Assembly (NCBI GenBank): GCA_964016885.1
Contig: OZ024742.1
Span: 199,702,001 to 199,766,000 of the forward strand
Direction: 5' to 3'
Origin: Eledone cirrhosa
Taxonomy: Eukaryota
Length of the DNA stretch: 64,000 bases
The notes beneath the pieces are model-generated. The model was not told the origin of the DNA. It was given only the letters and a program-made list of their open reading frames with translations, and did no database searches. The position numbers were made by a program, and so were the translations under genes. The first letter of the stretch is position 1. The number at the start of each line of letters is the position of its first letter. Of this stretch, positions 23,731 to 37,340 are shown one piece after another.

Positions 23731-24577
23731 TCATCATCATCATTTTACGTCCGCTTTTCGCTGCTTGCAAGGGTGGGACGGGTCCTATTCAGCACAGCAT
23801 CTCTCCACTTGTCATGGTCCTTCGTCATCTCCTCCGTGAGTTTCAGCGATCTGAGGTCTGCTCTCACCACCTCTGCCCATGTTTTTCGTGGTCTACCTCT
23901 ACTGCGACTTCCCTCCACTGGGACTTCGTGGCACTTCTTCACCCATCGGTCATCCTCCATGCACATCACATGTCCATGCCATCTCAGCCTTCTCTCCTGC
24001 ACACCACAACTTATCCATCTTAAACCGAGTCTCTTTCTCAACTCGTCTATGCTTGGTCGTTCATGCACATTGACATTGCACATCCAACGGAGCATACTTG
24101 CTTCATTTCTCTCCATCCGTCGCATATCTTCTGCAGTTGCTGCGCATCTCACACAGGCATCATATAACCGTCCTTTCGTACGCAGGGAGAAACCCTTCTT
24201 TGTCAACAGAGGGAGCAGCTCCCTAAACTTCTTCCAACCCGTCCTTATTTTAGATACTATGGCCTCGTAACACCCCCCTCCAATGTTAATCTGATCACCT
24301 AGGTACCGGAAGCTATCAACCACTTCTATAGAACCCACCTGCATTTGAAAAATGAGTTTATCACATCGATTACTACTGCCAACTTTCCTTGTACTTCTAC
24401 TGCATACGTAGTTTTCTCTACCTGTTAGTTTGCCTACTATCCCACTACATCTCTTGTGTACCCAAGATCTGAATTGCGTACATTTTATGGAATTTATGCC
24501 AGTTCCTTTCCTACATATCGAACAGGGCCATTTCCCTGATGGAACCAGAGTATTGTCCTCTCTTTTACTTATCAACG
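23731..24577 (-). mobile_element. 5'-truncated RTE-like LINE with Cys/His-rich PHD-like insert in the RT C-terminal region
   Basis: WPCSICRKGTGINSIKC...WVHKRCSG, FRYLGD, ERRLRWHGHV, RSRGRPRKTW; (TGA)n 3' tail. Confidence 0.85.
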
Positions 24578-24643
24578 CCTTGTAGGTGGCGTGGTTCGAA
24601 AAAAATTTGAGAGTTTGTTCGTATATATATATGTGTACATATA

Positions 24644-24773
24644 TGTCCTGTGTATGACATTAAACTACATCCAGTGGCAAGGCTCAAGTTCGGGACATGG
24701 CAGCGATAATGAGGGACAGAGACCGCTGGAGAGAACTCGTCCACGGATCTCGGGAATTTTACACGCCCTAGAT
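24644..24773 (+). mobile_element. Bipartite non-autonomous derivative of the RTE at 9856-13168
   Basis: first ~50 nt match the RTE 5' terminus, last ~80 nt match the RTE 3' terminus. Confidence 0.85.
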
Positions 24774-25199
24774 AGATAGAGATATGTACATATGATCATG
24801 CATTTAATTGGCATGACAACAATTATGCTCCTTATCAGAACCCTGTACAATCGTAGTTACTGTTATTATCTGAAATGTAATAAATTAAGCTAAGAAGCCT
24901 TATTGCCCTCACTTTCCTCCTATTCTCTCTGTCTTTGAACACACACACACACACACGCGCGCGCGCGCGTATATATACAGTATATATACATTGCTCCTTT
25001 TCTTTCTAAATATCTTGGGTGGAGTTGATTTAAGGACACGCTTCTTTGTGTCCAACAGAACCATTCACTAATTCTTTTTTTATTATTTCCTTCAACAAGG
25101 TTTTCCTCTGAAGGATTTTCGACATCCTGAGATGATGGCATTGAGACTTGCTCAAGCCCATTAATCACGAATGTATTACAGTTAGGATGGAATGGAACA

Positions 25200-25371
25200 A
25201 TGGAATGGATCTCCTTCAGATTCGATGATGAGTGTTCCAGTTTGTCGAGCAACCGAACAACCTGCTCGGGAAAGTAACTTGTAAATGGCGGTGCGATCCA
25301 TACACACGTGTGCCATTAAAGTAATTGTCAGGGAGTTTCAGCATGTCACAGCGTGTGACATGCTGAAACTC
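25200..25371 (+). mobile_element. SINE-like dispersed repeat body (family B; related pieces at 26240-26372 + and ~29815-29920 -)
   Basis: shared GACGATGAGTG.CCAGTT...CCTGCTCGTGAA.TTAAC core in three places. Confidence 0.6.
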
Positions 25372-26168
25372 CTTGTACTATAGTATTAAGTTGTTAAGTA
25401 CTTCTCAGGGAGATTCAGTGTGCCACAGTATGTGATCTACTGGGTCTTTGAATTACATGTACAGTGCTTCTTGTACTATAGTATTAAGTTGTTAAGTACT
25501 TCTCAGGGAGATTCAGTGTGCCACAGTATGTGATCTACTGGGTCTTTGAATTACATGTACAGTGCTTCTTGTACTATAGTATTAAGTTGTTAAGTACTTC
25601 TCAGGAAGATTCAATGTGCCACAGTATGTGATCTACTGGGTCTTTGAATTACATGTAGAGTGCTTCTTGTACTATAGTATTAAGTTGTTAAGTACTTCTC
25701 AGGAAGATTCAGTGTGCCATAGTAAGTGATCTACTGGGTCTTTGAATTACATGTACAGTGCTTCTTGTACTATAGTATTAAGTTGTTAAGTACTTCTCAG
25801 GAAGATTCAATGTGCCACAGTATGTGATCTACTGGGTCTTTGAATTACATGTACAGTGCTTCTTGTACTATAGTATTAAGTTGTTAAGTACTTCTCAGGA
25901 AGATTCAGTGTGCCATAGTAAGTGATCTACTGGGTCTTTGAATTACATGTACAGTGCTTCTTGTACTATAGTATTAAGTTGTTAAGTACTTCTTAGGGAG
26001 ATTCAGCTTGTCACAGCGTGTGACATGGCTACGTATTTGGATTATAGGTACATAACTCCTTGTACTTTCATATTATGTTGTTAAGTACTTCTCAGGGAGA
26101 TTCAGCAAGGCACAGTGTGACATGGCTGGGTCTTTCAATTACATGTACAGTGCTTCATGTACTATAGT
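25372..26168. repeat. 98-bp tandem satellite, ~8 copies
   Basis: CTTGTACTATAGTATTAAGTTGTTAAGTACTTCTCAGG... recurs at 25372, 25470, 25568 and onward. Confidence 0.95.
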
Positions 26169-27143
26169 GTAAGGAGCTAAACATTGAAAGAAAAGGGAGA
26201 AAGCACCGAAATTGAAATAAATGAAATTTTTAAAAACTAGAATAGAATGGACCTCCGTCGAATCCGACGATGAGTGCCCCAGTTGTTCGATCACCAGAGT
26301 ACACGGAATACCCCGTTCGTGAATTAACGTGTAAGCGGCTTTGCATTTCACAGACACGTGAACCCTTAATGCAACCAAAACAATTTAAACACAGATCATC
26401 ACGCCCAGAGCCAGAACAGATACTGCAATATATCTCGTTTGAAGATCTAACCATTCCACCAATCCACTGGTACTTTATTTATCGATCTCGAAAGAATGAA
26501 ATGCAAAGTTGCTCTTTGGCGAGAGATTTGAACTCGTATTAACCCGATGATCTAACGGATTTTCCCCGGTTCACCTCCTTTTTACGGTCTCTCTCTTTCT
26601 CTCTCTCACACACATACACACAGATACACCCAGCTACACACATACACACATACACACATACACACACGCACACACATAGAATCACCCTTCCTTCTCCTCA
26701 CATACACAGATACACACATACACACACATACACACATACACTCAGATTCTCCCTTCCTCCACTCTCTCTCTCTGTCACACACACACACACACACACACAC
26801 AAACTTAAACACACACACACACACGCACGCACACAAACACACACACACACATACATATATATACCCCTAATAAGACAAAGTGGTGATAGCAGGATTGCTT
26901 TTGATGCAAAGTTCACATTACTTTAAAGAAATTATTGCTCCGCTGTGTGGAACTCATTAAAAACAATAAATTAAAACACATTTGAAAATTACAACCAGTT
27001 TGCCTGGCAAAGTTTATGTTTATGATACTATTAAATTAGGTTTTAGTGTTAAAACATTGCTCTTACGATTTCACCGTTGTTTAACTTAACAGACTCTTAA
27101 GACGCACACATATATATACACACGCAAACATATACAGATACAC

Positions 27144-27240
<97 letters not shown>

Positions 27241-27262
27241 AATATATATACATATATACACG

Positions 27263-27295
<33 letters not shown>

Positions 27296-27588
27296 ATATA
27301 AATACAGATACATATGTAGAATAGCTTCACTTTTTGCGTTACTATCATTTCCGTTAGCCAATAAAAGTGTTTACATTGAGGAATAGCAATTTTTACATTT
27401 GCGCGTTTTGAAGCTGTGTCACAAAGAAAGCTATTTGAAATTGTGCTACCGAAGGTAATATCCAATTTAATAATTGATCGTAAACAATTCTTTCCTTTTT
27501 AGTTTTCGAAAATGTCAAGGGCCAATTGAATATTTCCCCATTTTTGCTTGTAATACCTAATTAAGTACACACACACGCACACACACAC

Positions 27589-27664
<76 letters not shown>

Positions 27665-27757
27665 ATATACATATTTATATATATATATATATACATACAT
27701 ATATATATATATACATACATATATACATACATATATATATATATATATATACATATA

Positions 27758-27829
<72 letters not shown>

Positions 27830-27982
27830 AATATATACATATATATATATATATATATACATATAATTATATATTAAATAGAAGCATATTGCGATTGTGA
27901 CATTGAGGTTTCGCCAATAACAGGCCGTCAAACACTCTCTCTCTCTCACTCACATACTCACATTCTCTCTCTCTTACCCCCC

Positions 27983-28014
<32 letters not shown>

Positions 28015-28064
28015 TATGTATGTATATATATATGTATGTATATATATATATATATATATAAATG

Positions 28065-28098
<34 letters not shown>

Positions 28099-28154
28099 AA
28101 TATATACGTAATATAGTAAATGAGTGAGGAATAACGTGGAATGGCTGTATAATA

Positions 28155-28206
<52 letters not shown>

Positions 28207-28652
28207 TTCGTAATTATTGAATGTAAAAACAAATAATCAAAATTTATCAAGTCAAATATAAATGATCAAAATTTCACATTTGTACCGTAATAATAAAAAT
28301 ATAAACATGAAAACATTTCACTCATAACCTTTAACTGCATTTTCTTGAAAAGCTATAAAATTTCAGCATTTTCAATGATACATCTTCATATTTCAAATGT
28401 TAACGCCATACTATGTTCCCATGAGCGAACGAAGGAGTTATGACAAAAACATCGAATGCAGTAATTTTCATTAAGTTTTTAAGAACAATATTTAATTTAC
28501 GTTCATGAAAATTATTTGCATATTGAAAAAAAAAAAAAAATGAAAAAATATAAAAATGAAAAAAATTATGAAAATAAAGGCGTTGACACTGTTTTTCACC
28601 AAATATTACATATTTTGTCGCGTGGTAATTATGAACTTGTAAAGCAGAAATT

Positions 28653-28800
28653 AGGCGGCGAATTGGCAGAGTTATTAGAATGTCGTGGTATTCGTTCTAG
28701 ATCTCTGATCTCTCAGTTCAATTCCCGCCGAGGTCAACTTTGCCTTTCATTTATTTGAAGTCGATAAAAGAAAAGTACCAGTTTAATACTGGCGTCGATT
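28653..28800 (+). mobile_element. SINE family A variant
   Basis: GGCGGCGAATTGGCAGAG...CAGTTCAATTCCCGCCGAGGTCAACTTTGCCTTTCAT. Confidence 0.7.
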
Positions 28801-28807
28801 CTTCCTC

Positions 28808-29165
28808 TCTCTGGAAGAAATCTGCTGTACTCAGGCCTGGAGAGGGATGGGCTCCGCCAGGCTTAAAATGCCCAAGAAACGCCGTATGTCAATACAGCGC
28901 TCCTACGACTCTATCAGGAGTTACGGGACCTTACATACAAATATTTATATTGTTCCCTTTCTTTTAATTTTGAGTATATTTTGGGGGTTCGTTCTTCCTT
29001 TACATTTTTTTTTCACTTCTTTTCTCTTACCTTCTATCCTTCTCTGGAAAAAATCTGCTATACCCAGGCCTGGAGAGGGGATGGGCTCCGCCAGGTTTAA
29101 AAATGCATAACGGACGCCCTATGTCAATATGGCACCCCTACAACTCTCTCAGGAGTTACGGGTTC
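28808..29165. repeat. Two copies of a ~120-bp dispersed repeat (also ~63495-63610 and partially ~19660-19720)
   Basis: CTCTGGAA.AAATCTGCT..AC.CAGGCCTGGAGAGGG...GGAGTTACGGG at 28808-28930 and 29042-29163. Confidence 0.75.
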
Positions 29166-29201
29166 ATATCATACCAAAGTGTTAAATATATGTTAAATAT
29201 A

Positions 29202-29737
29202 CAGGGTGTCCATAAAGTCTCTTTACAATTGAAAAAATTTATTACAAAAGCAAATGAACAGACAAATATGTGGGAATTATTACAAAATGAGGAGTAAATA
29301 TTGAAGTTTGTTTTAACTAATTTAATAAACTTCTATATTGGCACCATTAGTTGCACGAAGCACATCAAGACGGAGTGATATCTGGTGAACTAGGTGGCCA
29401 GGGAATTACCTTGACCTTTTGACTGAATATGTGGCACCACAACGTGATGACCTTCAACCAGCACATCAAGTCGGTGCTCAATTACTTACCATGTTCGCTG
29501 TAGTATAGCCTCGTCAATGGGGACAATGGCATCAGTGATCTTTTGCTTTAGATCAGTGATGTCCCGTATCTTTGTTCGATACACGATATCTTTAACAGAA
29601 CGCCATAGAAAGAAGTCCAGGGGACTAATTAAAATTTGATAACTACTGAGTCCATGGAACAAATCTGATTCAGATATCTTATCAATTGCCTTTGCAATAT
29701 ATTTTTTAAATTGTAAAGAGACATTATGGACACCCTG
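29202..29737 (-). mobile_element. Tc1/mariner-superfamily internal deletion derivative (MITE-like)
   Basis: ~29-bp TIRs CAGGGTGTCCATAA.GTCTCTTTACAATT, TA on both sides, transposase C-terminal remnant SPLDFFLWRSVKDIVY...DLKQKI. Confidence 0.9.
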
Positions 29738-30135
29738 TATGTTGGACACAGCATGGCCGAACGGCTAAAGAACTCACAGTCACGGTGAATCACTCTGAGA
29801 ATTAGGTTAATCGCACAAATACACGGGGAATGCTCAGGCATTTACATGTTAATTTCATGAGCAGGCTATTCTGGTGATTGAACAATTGGAACATTCATCG
29901 TCGAAACCGACGGAGGCCCATTTCTTGTTTATGCGTTCCCGCATGTATGTATATACATATACATATATGTGTATTAAAAAAACCCAACGTACATATACAT
30001 ATATACATATATATATATACACATATACACTCACCCGCATATACAAACATACAGCAACTCATACACATACCCAACGATAATCTATATATATATACATAAT
30101 ATAAGATCAAAAGATGGTTAAAGGAGTTCCATGTA

Positions 30136-30202
30136 TTTTATTATGCGCATTTCAAAAACAAACATCATCATGCAATAATATTTGTGTTTTCATCAGATAA
30201 AA
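30136..30202 (-). ncRNA. Type I hammerhead ribozyme (same family as 49263)
   Basis: TTTTAT-CTGATGA-AAACACAAATATTAT..ATGATGTTTGTTTTT-GAAA-TGCGCA-TA-ATAAAA. Confidence 0.8.
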
Positions 30203-30385
30203 CAGGAGAACATGATATGAAGGCTAAAAACACCTGCGGATAGTGCAGTTTTAAATCAACATATACATATATATATATATGTGTTTATGTATATATATGT
30301 ATGCGTGTACGTATGTATGTATATGTATATTTATATATGTATATGTATATAAGTATATATGTATATAAGTATATAAGTATATATG

Positions 30386-30447
<62 letters not shown>

Positions 30448-31852
30448 TCAACGATGGTAAATTTTCAACCGGGTAAATTTTCAACCATGTATATTTTTAT
30501 ATATTTTTATATCTGTATATCTGTTTGACCCGAATTAGGCGATCGAATTTTCGCTGTGTGGATGATTAGTTTAACCACCATCTCAGTGTGTTTGGCCTTT
30601 AACGTAAGTTGTAAGCTCTAATTCATATGAATTATCGAGCGCTTGCCACACAACTCGGAAGTGTTTTTCGTTATTCCTGAGCTGAGATTCGATTCTCGCT
30701 AATTTTTACTTATATATATATATAAACGCACCCGCGTACCGAAACACAGCTTTATGTAGATTCTGCAAATTGTGTATTGAGGACATTTTTTTCATACTTA
30801 AATGTAAGAACTCTATTAATCTAAGAACGAATTTATTTAATTCTTGTAGACATCGCCTGGATTCAACATTCAGAACTATATATAACTTATTAATTATACT
30901 TATAATATTTCTACTTATTTCCATAACAATCTCACCCACTCGGTTTTAATATATTGATATCTCTAAATCATAATATCTATAACATTTGCTATAATCCCAC
31001 TTCCTAAAATTTCATAAAATATATACGTATATAATTCTAATTTTTTTAAAATTTAAATTTAAATTTAAATTTAAATTTTAATAATTTTTATTTCTTTATT
31101 TTTTATTTCTTTAATTTTTATTTCTTTAAAATTATTTATCTCTTATAAATTATATAAAATTTTTTTTTTTCAAAATTTTAATATTTTTTCAATACTGTAT
31201 CAATATTTTTTCAATATTTTTCAATAGATTTATAACCACTAACTGATTCTGGCTAAATGAATCTTTCAAAATCTATACTTATCTTAACTAAATAGTCTCA
31301 CACTAACGAATAAATAAATTAAAGCGGAGTTTTTTCCGTATATTCCCATTTTAATTTAATTCAACTTAATATTTATTTACATTAAATACAAAATCAATAT
31401 CCCTCATAACTCATTAGAACAATTATCTATAACATGATATAGCCATCTATTTATTTATTTATTTATTTATGTATTTATTTATGTATGTATTTATTTATTT
31501 ATTTATCTACTTATAACAGAAGAAGAATATTATATTATAAGCAAATTTTAAACAACTAATAATCGTAAATACACTTACTATTAAGATATATACTTAGAAT
31601 ATATTTCCCTCAAATTAACGTTATATGAGTTTTATTCATCTTCTCTTGTTTTTTTCTTCTCTCTCTCTAGCACTGTTTTATCCTCTCCTCCTATCTCTTC
31701 TCTCTTTCCATAGTCGTTTAAATAAACGGTTGTTTTTCAATTATTTACATATTCATTTGCATATTCACACATATATTTCCACTATCCAGTGAATTTCCAA
31801 CCGATAAGGTATGATTTTCATGGGTATGTCTCTATTTATAAAACAAACTTTG

Positions 31853-31915
31853 TATGTTATCTGATGAAAGCGTATCACTATGTCTTGGTACCCTTGAAAT
31901 ATATATAATAAAATA
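31853..31915 (+). ncRNA. Type I hammerhead ribozyme (AT-rich family C)
   Basis: TATGTTAT-CTGATGA-AAG CGTATCA..TGGTAC CCTT-GAAA-TATATA-TA-ATAAAATA. Confidence 0.72.
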
Positions 31916-32045
31916 AATATGGTTTTATAAATATAGTTTACATTTATTTAATATCATTGAATATTTACTCCAGTAAACTGTTGAGTGCTCTAAATCAGTT
32001 ATAAACATTTATATTTGTTGGACTTCCAACAAATTAAATACCCCT

Positions 32046-32094
<49 letters not shown>

Positions 32095-32098
<4 letters not shown>

Positions 32099-32230
32099 AA
32101 GAACGAGGATTCAGTAATGCACCAAACCACAATTTATTAACATATTACATATGTTTCTCCGTCGATCAGCTCGAAGCAGGATCTGTTATAGATCGAACCT
32201 GACTCTGCATTCGAAGACATATCTGAAGAC
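32095..32230 (-). mobile_element. PLE-like 3'-end fragment with HHR 3' half (partial copy at 36506-36567 +)
   Basis: minus strand GAAA-CATATG-TA-ATATG then AATAAA, ending in (TA)n. Confidence 0.5.
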
Positions 32231-32238
32231 ACACACAC

Positions 32239-32292
<54 letters not shown>

Positions 32293-33297
32293 AGGAAGTT
32301 GTAGTTTACTTGAATCATTGTGTAATGAGGTATAAACGTTTGGAGTTGTAAGGCCAGAACAATGCAGGTATGGATATAGAATATAAATGCAAATGCAAAA
32401 GATATTGTTGACAATTAGTCTTTTACCTTAAATTTATTTAAATATCCTTAATTTTCGAGATAATATCTCTTCTTCGGAGGGAAGTAAAGGGGTTAATCCA
32501 GTGTTCTAATTAGCTTGCCATGACTTGGCAAATATATATATATTTGCAATCTCGAGACTCTATTGATAATGACAAATTATGACAATTTAATTAACAAGAA
32601 GAATGAAATATTTAGCAGCTGCCAACATAGAAACAGTAAAACATTCCAAGCATTGTACAAGTTTCGAAAAAATATTGACAATTAATAATTTTATAAATAT
32701 ATTTATAATTTTTGCCTTACTGGAGTAATAATGTATTGATATTTTATCTATTATAATATTTTCATTATGAGTCTCTGTATCCTACGTTTTGATCAGGACA
32801 GTTCAATAGTTGATTTATGGTTTAGAAATATCACTCGATTTCAGAGTAGATATATTGTTTAAAGCTCACATATGGTGAATGAGTTATCTTCCTTTTTGTT
32901 TACATTCTTCGTAAATATTTTAATTTTTGACATAAATTATATAGTTGAATAATATAAAAATTTCTTTAAAAGGAAACTGTAATAATTTGTAATTACTGAA
33001 GTAAATATAAATTAGCGAAATAAAACTTTTGAGAGTAAATATAACTAAAATTTAATCCTGTAATTATATGATAATTAAAGATTTGAAACGATTTTATAAA
33101 GGGAATATATGCATGTATTTTAATATATATTTTAATACAAGTTTAATAATTATTTAAATATGCTTTAAAGATAATTTTTTAAAAAGTTGTAACAAAATAC
33201 TATGGAATATATTGCCTAAACCAGAAATTAAAATCTATAATGAGTTAAATTAAATTATATAATTTTTTAATTAAATAAATATGTGACGGCGATGGAA

Positions 33298-33487
33298 AAT
33301 AATTGTTTCTACTTTAGGCACAAAGGCAGCAATTACCCAGTGCATTACTGGTATTTTATTTTATCGACCACGTAAGGATGAAAGGCAAAGTCAACCTCGA
33401 CGGGATTTGAACTCAAATCGTAAAGGGACGTAACTATGCTGGAAAGCATGGTGTCCGACCCTCTACCGATACTGCCAATCCACCGGC
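33298..33487 (-). mobile_element. SINE family A, full copy
   Basis: A box TGGCAGTATCGG and B box GAGTTCAAATCC on the minus strand. Confidence 0.85.
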
Positions 33488-33995
33488 TATGGAAAATAAT
33501 GTATATTGATTAAATTTGATATATTATATAAGTATAATTAGCTTAATCATAACCAAATACTAGAGATATTCAATGGTTTATGGTAATTGATTGGTTGCCT
33601 CAATTGACCTAATATTTGAAAACAACATTTTTTTTCTACCCCCACCCCATAATTTCTTTTGTCGTTATTTCTTCTTTCTTCTTTTTCTTCATTCTTAGAG
33701 ATATTTCTTCCTCTATTCATCCATCTATTTATTCATTTAAATATTTATATATGTATTTTTTTATTTTTTTATTTTTCTTATTTTTTTATTGCATCTCCTC
33801 TTCTTTACACCCTCTCTTATATCTCTAATTCGCTCCGCGTCCTTTTCTTTTTTAATTATTATTTGTGGTATATAAATGTTGAGTATTATTATTTGTGGTA
33901 TATAAATGTAGAGATTTGATGAAATAAATCACTGCCAATACTGGAATTGAAATATCAAGACCGTAGAGGTATGTTATATATCAACTCATATATAT

Positions 33996-34059
33996 TTTAT
34001 CTGACGCGGACCTACTGGAAGAAAAAACAACACAGTACCTACGAAATATATATAATAAA
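33996..34059 (+). ncRNA. Degenerate hammerhead motif (family C-like; A9 to C)
   Basis: TTTAT-CTGACGC-GGACCTACTG...CAGTACCTAC-GAAA-TATATA-TA-ATAAA. Confidence 0.4.
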
Positions 34060-34309
34060 GCATATATTTTGATTATGTGTATATCTTTATTTGTTAATAT
34101 TTTGAATAATATTAAAACTCCAGGAACATTTCTTTGTTGAGTGCTTTTAATCTATTGTAAAACTGTATTCATTGAGTAATCAATGAACTATATTAATCTT
34201 TGGTTATATATATATATATAGGAGACGATCGACTTTCGTCAAATCGGACCGAGGGAACAATGTTTCCGTTGGTCTTTCCAATTGCTAATACTATCTATCG
34301 GTCGCAACT

Positions 34310-34436
34310 CCAGGTAGAAGGAGCAACGTGAAATAAAGTGTCTTGCTCAAGGACATAACGCATCACCTGGTCCAGGAATCGAACTCGCAACCTTACGATT
34401 GCGAATCCAATTCCCTAACCACTCAGCCACACGCCT
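34310..34436 (-). mobile_element. tRNA-derived SINE head of a second family
   Basis: minus strand AGGCGTGTGGCTGAGTGGTTAGG...GAGTTCGATTCC...GTCCTTGAGCAAGACACTTTATTTCAC. Confidence 0.75.
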
Positions 34437-35144
34437 TTATATATATATATATGTGTGTAGAAGTTATATTTAATTTGTTGGGATACAACAAGCAAATATT
34501 TTTATATTTTTATGTATGTATATATATATGTATGTATATATGTGTATGTCTATATATATGTATACATATGTATATGTCTGTGTATGTATATGTATATATA
34601 TCAAAATGTATAATTTGAATACATTCTATGAATGAACTCGTATAAAAGGTGTTTTACAGTTTATGCTTTAGATGTATTCTTATGAAAAACTTTAAACATT
34701 AAGACGTTATAGTAAACAAACTTATATTTTAACAGCCACAACTGTATAACAGGTGGATTTATATAAAATATATAAAATTTATAAAATTATAACTTACTAT
34801 AAAATAATATAAGATTTTTTTATAATCTTAACTTTTTTTATCATCTTAATCTTTATAACATTTAATCCTTATAGCAATCTAAATTACAAATAAATCACTT
34901 AATTTTCTTCACGCTGTATTGCTATTACGAAGAGATTATTCTTCAGTAAAATCTCTGAATTTCCATGGGTTTAGAAACATTCCTATATTTTAAACATAAA
35001 CATTTTTTATTTTTTTTATTATTTCTTATTTTTTATTGATAATTAATTGAAAAATTAATAATTAATTGTTGGTTGATGATTAATAATAAATTTATATCTG
35101 GTTATGTAATAATAACATATATTTTAATAATATATATATATGTA

Positions 35145-35690
35145 TATATTGTTATACTTGGGGAGGGTCATATTTGTGTAATATTGCCAGAATTAATAAC
35201 AGAACACACTCACTGTTTGGTAACCAATACACAGTCACCCAATCACGAACACACATCAAACAAAACATTATACACACACGCAAACGCATGCGCAAAGAAG
35301 ACAAAATAAAATAAACTAATAAATAAATATATAAACAGACTAAATAAAGATGGCGTAGTAAATACAATGAAACGGGAGGAAACAATAGCACCACTGACGA
35401 TGTTGCAGATGTGCAACGAAAGAACTTTGATAAACTATATATATATGTTTGTGTCTATATTGTATCTGTATTATTTTTGACCGTTGGTCAGTCAATGGCA
35501 ACATTGAGGACCGAATAAATTAGATTACCGATATAAAAGACACAGAAGCGAAAAGCGAAAACCAACCAAACAGTGAGTGTGTTCTGTTATTAATTCTGGC
35601 AATATTACACAAATATGACCCTCCCCAAGTTTAACAATATTTGTTTCGACACACGATTTCATATCAAAAACCTCGCAAAACTAATTCATC
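35145..35690 (+). mobile_element. PLE-like terminal fragment with ~75-bp inverted arms
   Basis: 35145-35221 is the reverse complement of 35565-35640; related to the 44700, 50810 and 60480 repeats. Confidence 0.7.
35390..35431 (+). ncRNA. Minimal type I hammerhead motif (family D)
   Basis: ACCA-CTGACGA-T-GTTGCA gatg TGCAAC-GAAA-GAAC-TT-TGAT; one stem I mismatch. Confidence 0.62.
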
Positions 35691-36209
35691 GCCTATATGT
35701 ATATATATATATATATATTCTTTTAATAATATATAGATCTCAATTTTTAATTTTTAATTTATAGATCTCAATATTTTAACTGACATATTTAATTGATAAA
35801 TTAAACATTTAATCAAATTTAAACATTAGATAAAATTCTCCGGTTATTATTATTTATTTATTTATCCACGCTTTATTTATTCCGCGTAATTCATCCACTA
35901 TATATTTATTTTTTCGCTTCATCATCTCATAAATTACGTTAATACAACACTCTCTCACTTAGGGTTTTCTCTCTTTCTCTTTCTTTTGTTTTCCTTCTTT
36001 GGGTTTGCTCTTTCTTTTTCTTTTTCTTTTTCTTTTTTTCCCTATTCCAACGGCTTAATTTAAATGTACTAGGATTTAAACCTCTCCGACACTAATTTCA
36101 TAATAGACCAATAATAAAATTAGTAACCCCACTACCGGGAGCTTCCAACCGACATGGTCGCATTCTTTAAGGGTATGTCAATATTTGTTTATAAAACTGA
36201 TCTATATTA

Positions 36210-36274
36210 TATTTTATCTGACGAAAGCGCACCATAATTTGCTTTGGTGTCCTTGAAATATGTATAATGAAATA
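36210..36274 (+). ncRNA. Type I hammerhead ribozyme (family C)
   Basis: TATTTTAT-CTGACGA-AAG CGCACCA..TGGTG TCCTT-GAAA-TATGTA-TA-ATGAAATA. Confidence 0.72.
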
Positions 36275-36312
36275 AATATGGTTTTATAAATATAGTTTCC
36301 ATTTGTTAATAT

Positions 36313-36371
<59 letters not shown>

Positions 36372-36408
36372 TTGCAAACCGCCAGAGATTCGATTTTACT
36401 AAATTTCC

Positions 36409-36480
<72 letters not shown>

Positions 36481-36639
36481 ATATATGTGTGTGTCTGTTT
36501 GTGTGTGTCTTCAGATATGTATTCGAATGCAGAGTCGGGTTCGATCTGTAACAGATCCTGCCTCGAGTATATATATATATATACTTGTATAATAATAATA
36601 GTAATAAACGAAAGATATATACTTTATATCATCTCTATT

Positions 36640-36717
36640 TATTTCATTATATATATTTCGAAGATGTAAAGTTTTATGTATAACATAAAGCAAAGCATGT
36701 CCTCCTCAGGCAAAATA
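36640..36717 (-). ncRNA. Degenerate hammerhead motif (family C-like)
   Basis: TATTTTGC-CTGAGGA-GGACATG...CATCTTC-GAAA-TATATA-TA-ATGAAATA. Confidence 0.5.
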
Positions 36718-36795
36718 CATGGAACATAGAAGATGTAAAAGTTTTTCATGATATGCTGGTAGACTAAAAATTTGATACATATAGGGTAGGGTGCT

Positions 36796-36846
<51 letters not shown>

Positions 36847-36851
<5 letters not shown>

Positions 36852-37054
36852 AACGAGTAGGACCCCGACGGCTGAGCTCAAGCCGTTTCGACGGCTAATT
36901 CTGGACTAAATGATTTAGTCCAGAATTAGCCGTCGAGACGGCTTGAGTTCAGCCGTCGGGGGTACTACTCGTTCCTATTACCCACTCTACTACCCTAAGT
37001 ATTGAGTACTTTGGTGCGTTATGGTCCACCTGGTTCCTTACCACATTTCCTCCG

Positions 37055-37060
<6 letters not shown>
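36847..37060. mobile_element. PLE 3'-end palindrome, family E (also 21771-21821, 46641-46847, 49748-49832)
   Basis: ~63-bp inverted arms containing the HHR 3' half GAAA-CGGCTTGAGCTCAGCCG-TC-GGGG. Confidence 0.7.
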
Positions 37061-37095
<35 letters not shown>

Positions 37096-37134
37096 ATATT
37101 AAATAAATGGAAACTATATTTATAAAACCATATT

Positions 37135-37200
37135 TATTTCATTATATATATTTCAGGGATATCATATTAACAATATGCTATGCCTTCCTCAGACAAAATA
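37135..37200 (-). ncRNA. Type I hammerhead ribozyme (family C), mirror copy
   Basis: reverse complement of 37341-37406. Confidence 0.7.
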
Positions 37201-37340
37201 CAATATAAACAGTTTTATAGATAAATAGATTCGACATACCGTAACAACATCGACTTGCATTTGAAAAGGTTGATTTTCAAATGCAAGTCGATGTTGTTAC
37301 GGTATGTCGAATCTATTTATCTATAAAACTGTTTATATTG

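Noticed and set aside
25372-26168. CRISPR-like regular array
   Set aside because: Whole 98-bp units repeat with no unique spacers; eukaryotic context, no cas genes
28808-28930. GC-rich structured repeat considered as an HDV-like ribozyme
   Set aside because: Could not assemble the nested double pseudoknot by eye on either strand; kept only as a dispersed repeat
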